64,000 bases of DNA from Dictyostelium discoideum (taxonomy: Eukaryota), in contig CM000150.2 in assembly GCA_000004695.1 (NCBI GenBank), positions 3,968,001-4,032,000 on the forward strand, given 5' to 3'. The position numbers and the translations under genes are program-made. Shown piece after piece: positions 61,381-64,000 of this stretch. The stretch's first letter is position 1; each line of letters begins with the position of its first letter. Under the pieces are notes generated by a model. The model had not been told where the DNA came from. It made no database searches and was given only the letters and a program-made list of their open reading frames with translations.

Positions 61381-62207
61381 TTATTTTAATTGTTGTTGTT
61401 GTAATTGTTCTAATTTAATTGATTTTAAATAATTTTTTGATTTTTCAGATTTTAAAAAATATTTAAATAAATTTGAAAATGGATAAAAATTTAATAATAA
61501 AAAAAAGTTTAATTCAAATGGTAAAGTTATTCTTTGTTTTCTATTTTCAATTGCAGATATGGTAGCTTTTGAAATTTGATCAATTGAAACTTTTGGTAAA
61601 TATTTTCTTATAATTGGAAATTGATCATCATTGATATTATTATTTTGGAAATAGTCAGTTTTAATTTCACCTCCAATCACTTCCAATATATTAATACCAG
61701 TACCTGATAAATCAAATTTTAAACATTGAGTCAAACCCCTAATTGCCCATTTCGAACACGAATATCCAACACAACCCCCGATTGGTACTGACGAAACTGG
61801 TGTATTGATAATCACAATGGTCCCATCACCATTAAGTAGCATTGGTTTTAGTAATGAACTTATCATATTGAATGTAATTGAATATGATGATGAAATCAAT
61901 TCATTACATTCTTTAAAAGATGTATCTTCAATATATTTCCAAGTACCTGATCCAGCACAGTTTACTAAAATTTCAACATATTGTCCAAATTTATTTGAAA
62001 TATTTTCAATTTCTTGTTTACAATTTTTAAAATCTTCTTCTTTAGTTAAATCTGAACAAATATAATAACATTTTTCATTTCCAAATTGAATTTTAATATT
62101 TTCAATAATATTTTTTAATTTATTTTCATTTCTACCAATTAAAATAACTTTACAACCTTTTTTAGCAAATTCATTTGTAATACCTAATCCAATTCCACTT
62201 TTAATTT
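61381..62207 (-). CDS. Short-chain dehydrogenase/reductase (SDR) paralog A, exon 2.
   Basis: (S)GIGLGITNEFAKKGCKVILIGRNENKL...VNCAGSGTWKYIED...GYSCSKWAIRGL (catalytic YxxxK). Confidence 0.8.
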
Positions 62208-62286
62208 TTTCAAATAATAAAATTATTAATAATTTTATTTTATTTTAATTATTTCAATAAAATTATAATAATAATAATATATATAC

Positions 62287-62378
62287 CTTGATGCACCAGT
62301 TACTACAATTAATTGATCAGATAATTTAATTTTATTATTATTACTAAAAATTAAATTTTTTAAAAAACTAAATACCAT
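62287..62378 (-). CDS. SDR paralog A, exon 1 (MVFSFLKNLIFSNNNKIKLSDQLIVVTGAS).
   Basis: ATG at 62376-62378. Donor AAG|GTATAT (phase 2) plus T of exon 2 gives Ser, completing TGASSGIG (NAD(P)-binding GxxxGxG). Confidence 0.7.
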
Positions 62379-62542
62379 TTTTTTATTTTTTAACAAAAAA
62401 AAAAACAAAAAAAAAAAAAAAAAATTAAAAAAATGATTAGGAAAAATTATTAAAAAACAGATAATTTTTAACACCTTTTTTACCCACTTTTTTTTTTTTT
62501 TTTTTTTTTTTATTATTATTTTTTTTTTTTTTTTTTTTTATT

Positions 62543-63394
62543 TTATTCTTGTTTATTATTATTTATATTATGAAATTGTTGTTGTTTTAATTTAAATTGT
62601 TGTTGTTTTAATTTAATTTCAATTAAACGATTTCTTGATTTTTCAGAGAGTAAAAGATATTTTAATAAAATTGAGAATGGGAAAAAAGCGAAATATTTTG
62701 CAACATTTAACATTAATGGTAGGATTAACTTTTGTTTTCTATTTTCAATTGCTTTGATTGTACCTTTTGCAACTTGATCAACTGTTACCTTTGGTACGAA
62801 TTTACTGAGTAATGGGAAAGAGTCATCGCCGATACCGTTGTGTTGGAAATACTCGGACTTAGTTTCACCGGGTATCACCTCCAACACATTGACACCGGTG
62901 CCACGTAAATCGATTCTCAAACATTCTGTAAACCCTTTTAAAGCCCATCTCGAGCACGCATACCCAATACAACCACCCCAAACATTCACAGAAACTGGCG
63001 AATTAATATTCACAATAGTGCCCTCGCCATGAAGTAGCATTGGCTCCAATAGCAGTCTTGTCATATTAAATGCCGCGAAATAGGGTAACGACATCATATC
63101 ATTACATTCCTTAAACGATGTCTCTTCAATGAATTTCCAATTACCTGCACCTGCACAATTAACTAATATTTCCACATATTGACCATTATCATTTGAAATT
63201 TTACCAATCTCTTTTAAACAATTATTTAAATCTTCCTCTTTTGATAAATCTGCACTTATATAATAACATTGATTATTACCATATTCAATTTTAATATTTT
63301 CAATTATTTCTTTTAATTTATTTTCATTTCTTGCAATTAATATAACTTTACTACCTTTTTTTGCTAATTCTTTTGTAATTTCTAAACCTATTCC

Positions 63395-63395
<1 letters not shown>
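62543..63395 (-). CDS. SDR paralog B, exon 2.
   Basis: (S)GIGLEITKELAKKGSKVILIARNENKLKEIIENIKIEYG...VNCAGAGNWKFIEE...GYACSRWALKGF. The catalytic-Lys position is Arg. Confidence 0.8.
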
Positions 63396-63433
<38 letters not shown>

Positions 63434-63494
63434 ATAATCAATAATTAAAAAATGAAAAAAATGAAAAAAATAAAAGGGAGTAATTAATATTTAC

Positions 63495-63581
63495 CTTGAT
63501 GCACCAGTTACAACAACTAATTTATCAAATAATATTAATTTTTTAAAACCAAAAACTAAATAATTTAATAAACTTAATACC
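63495..63581 (-). CDS. SDR paralog B, exon 1 (MVLSLLNYLVFGFKKLILFDKLVVVTGAS).
   Basis: ATG at 63579-63581. Donor AAG|GTAAAT (phase 2). Same intron position and phase as paralog A. Confidence 0.7.
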
Positions 63582-64000
63582 ATTTTTTTTATTTTTTTTA
63601 TTTACTTTAATTTTTTTATTTTTTTTTATTATTTTATTTTATTTTTTATTCTTTTTTTTTTTTTTTTTTTTTTTGTAGTAAAAAGTAGATTGTGGAATGA
63701 AAAAAAAAAAAAATAAAAAATAAAAAATAAGTAACACAAAAAAAAAAAAAAAAATAAAAAATAAAAAAAAAAAAATAAAAAATAAAATTTATGTTCAACC
63801 CAATTTATATTATACCGAAAATATCTTAGCCCATTTTTATCCAAAATTTTATTTTTGTTTAATTATGCCATCGCAAACAATTTTTTTTTTTTTTTCCCCA
63901 ACCTCCTAAAAATCATTGAATAAAATAATCAATAAAAAAAGTGTAATTATTATTATTGTTTTATTTTTATTTGTTCATTTTATTTTATTTTTTCCTTTTT

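Overview
This window is AT-rich (~75-80% A+T) eukaryotic nuclear DNA with every hallmark of a Dictyostelium discoideum chromosome arm. It has long A/T homopolymer intergenic tracts and 70-200 nt AT-rich introns with GTAAGT/GTATGT donors and AG acceptors. Poly-Asn/Gln/Thr coding microsatellites are common. A tRNA-targeted non-LTR (TRE-type) retrotransposon sits next to a tRNA gene. One ORF (21908-22396) matches the Dictyostelium Skp1 protein sequence as I recall it. The ORF track accepts GTG/TTG starts and misses short exons, so several genes were rebuilt by hand-splicing.

I can support about 34 protein-coding genes, one intron-containing tRNA-Tyr(GUA), one 5'-truncated and frameshifted TRE3-like retroelement, and several microsatellites. 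There is no CRISPR array, no operon and no prokaryotic defence system. In order, the genes are:
- a type I PKS 5' end on the minus strand (KS and AT domains)
- a TBC/RabGAP
- a DEAD-box helicase
- a LACTB-like serine beta-lactamase-family protein
- a WD40 protein
- coatomer zeta (hand-spliced)
- tubulin cofactor E
- an Elongin-A C-terminal homolog
- Skp1
- DDRGK1
- an RNF10-like RING E3
- a FUSC/ArAE-like membrane protein
- an MRH-like/TM/RING E3
- a Cys-rich hypothetical protein
- a multi-cbEGF + IPT type I membrane protein
- the TRE element and the tRNA
- a three-fold tandem duplication of a small secreted-protein gene (third copy disrupted), each unit carrying a decayed piece of the neighbouring KXD1 gene
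- an intact KXD1 homolog
- a MAP2K (MEK)
- an F-box + JmjC + APH tri-domain protein
- a tandem trio of tiny multi-intron genes for YPPQ-repeat/KGFK-tail proteins
- a RING + TRAF-zinc-finger + CBM20 (starch-binding) protein
- a small 4-TM protein
- two tandem SDR paralogs

The most interesting points are the RING-CBM20 architecture, the YPPQ/KGFK mini-gene cluster, the segmental triplication next to the TRE/tRNA site, a GC-rich hairpin element at ~50.2 kb, and SDR copy B with Arg in place of the catalytic Lys.
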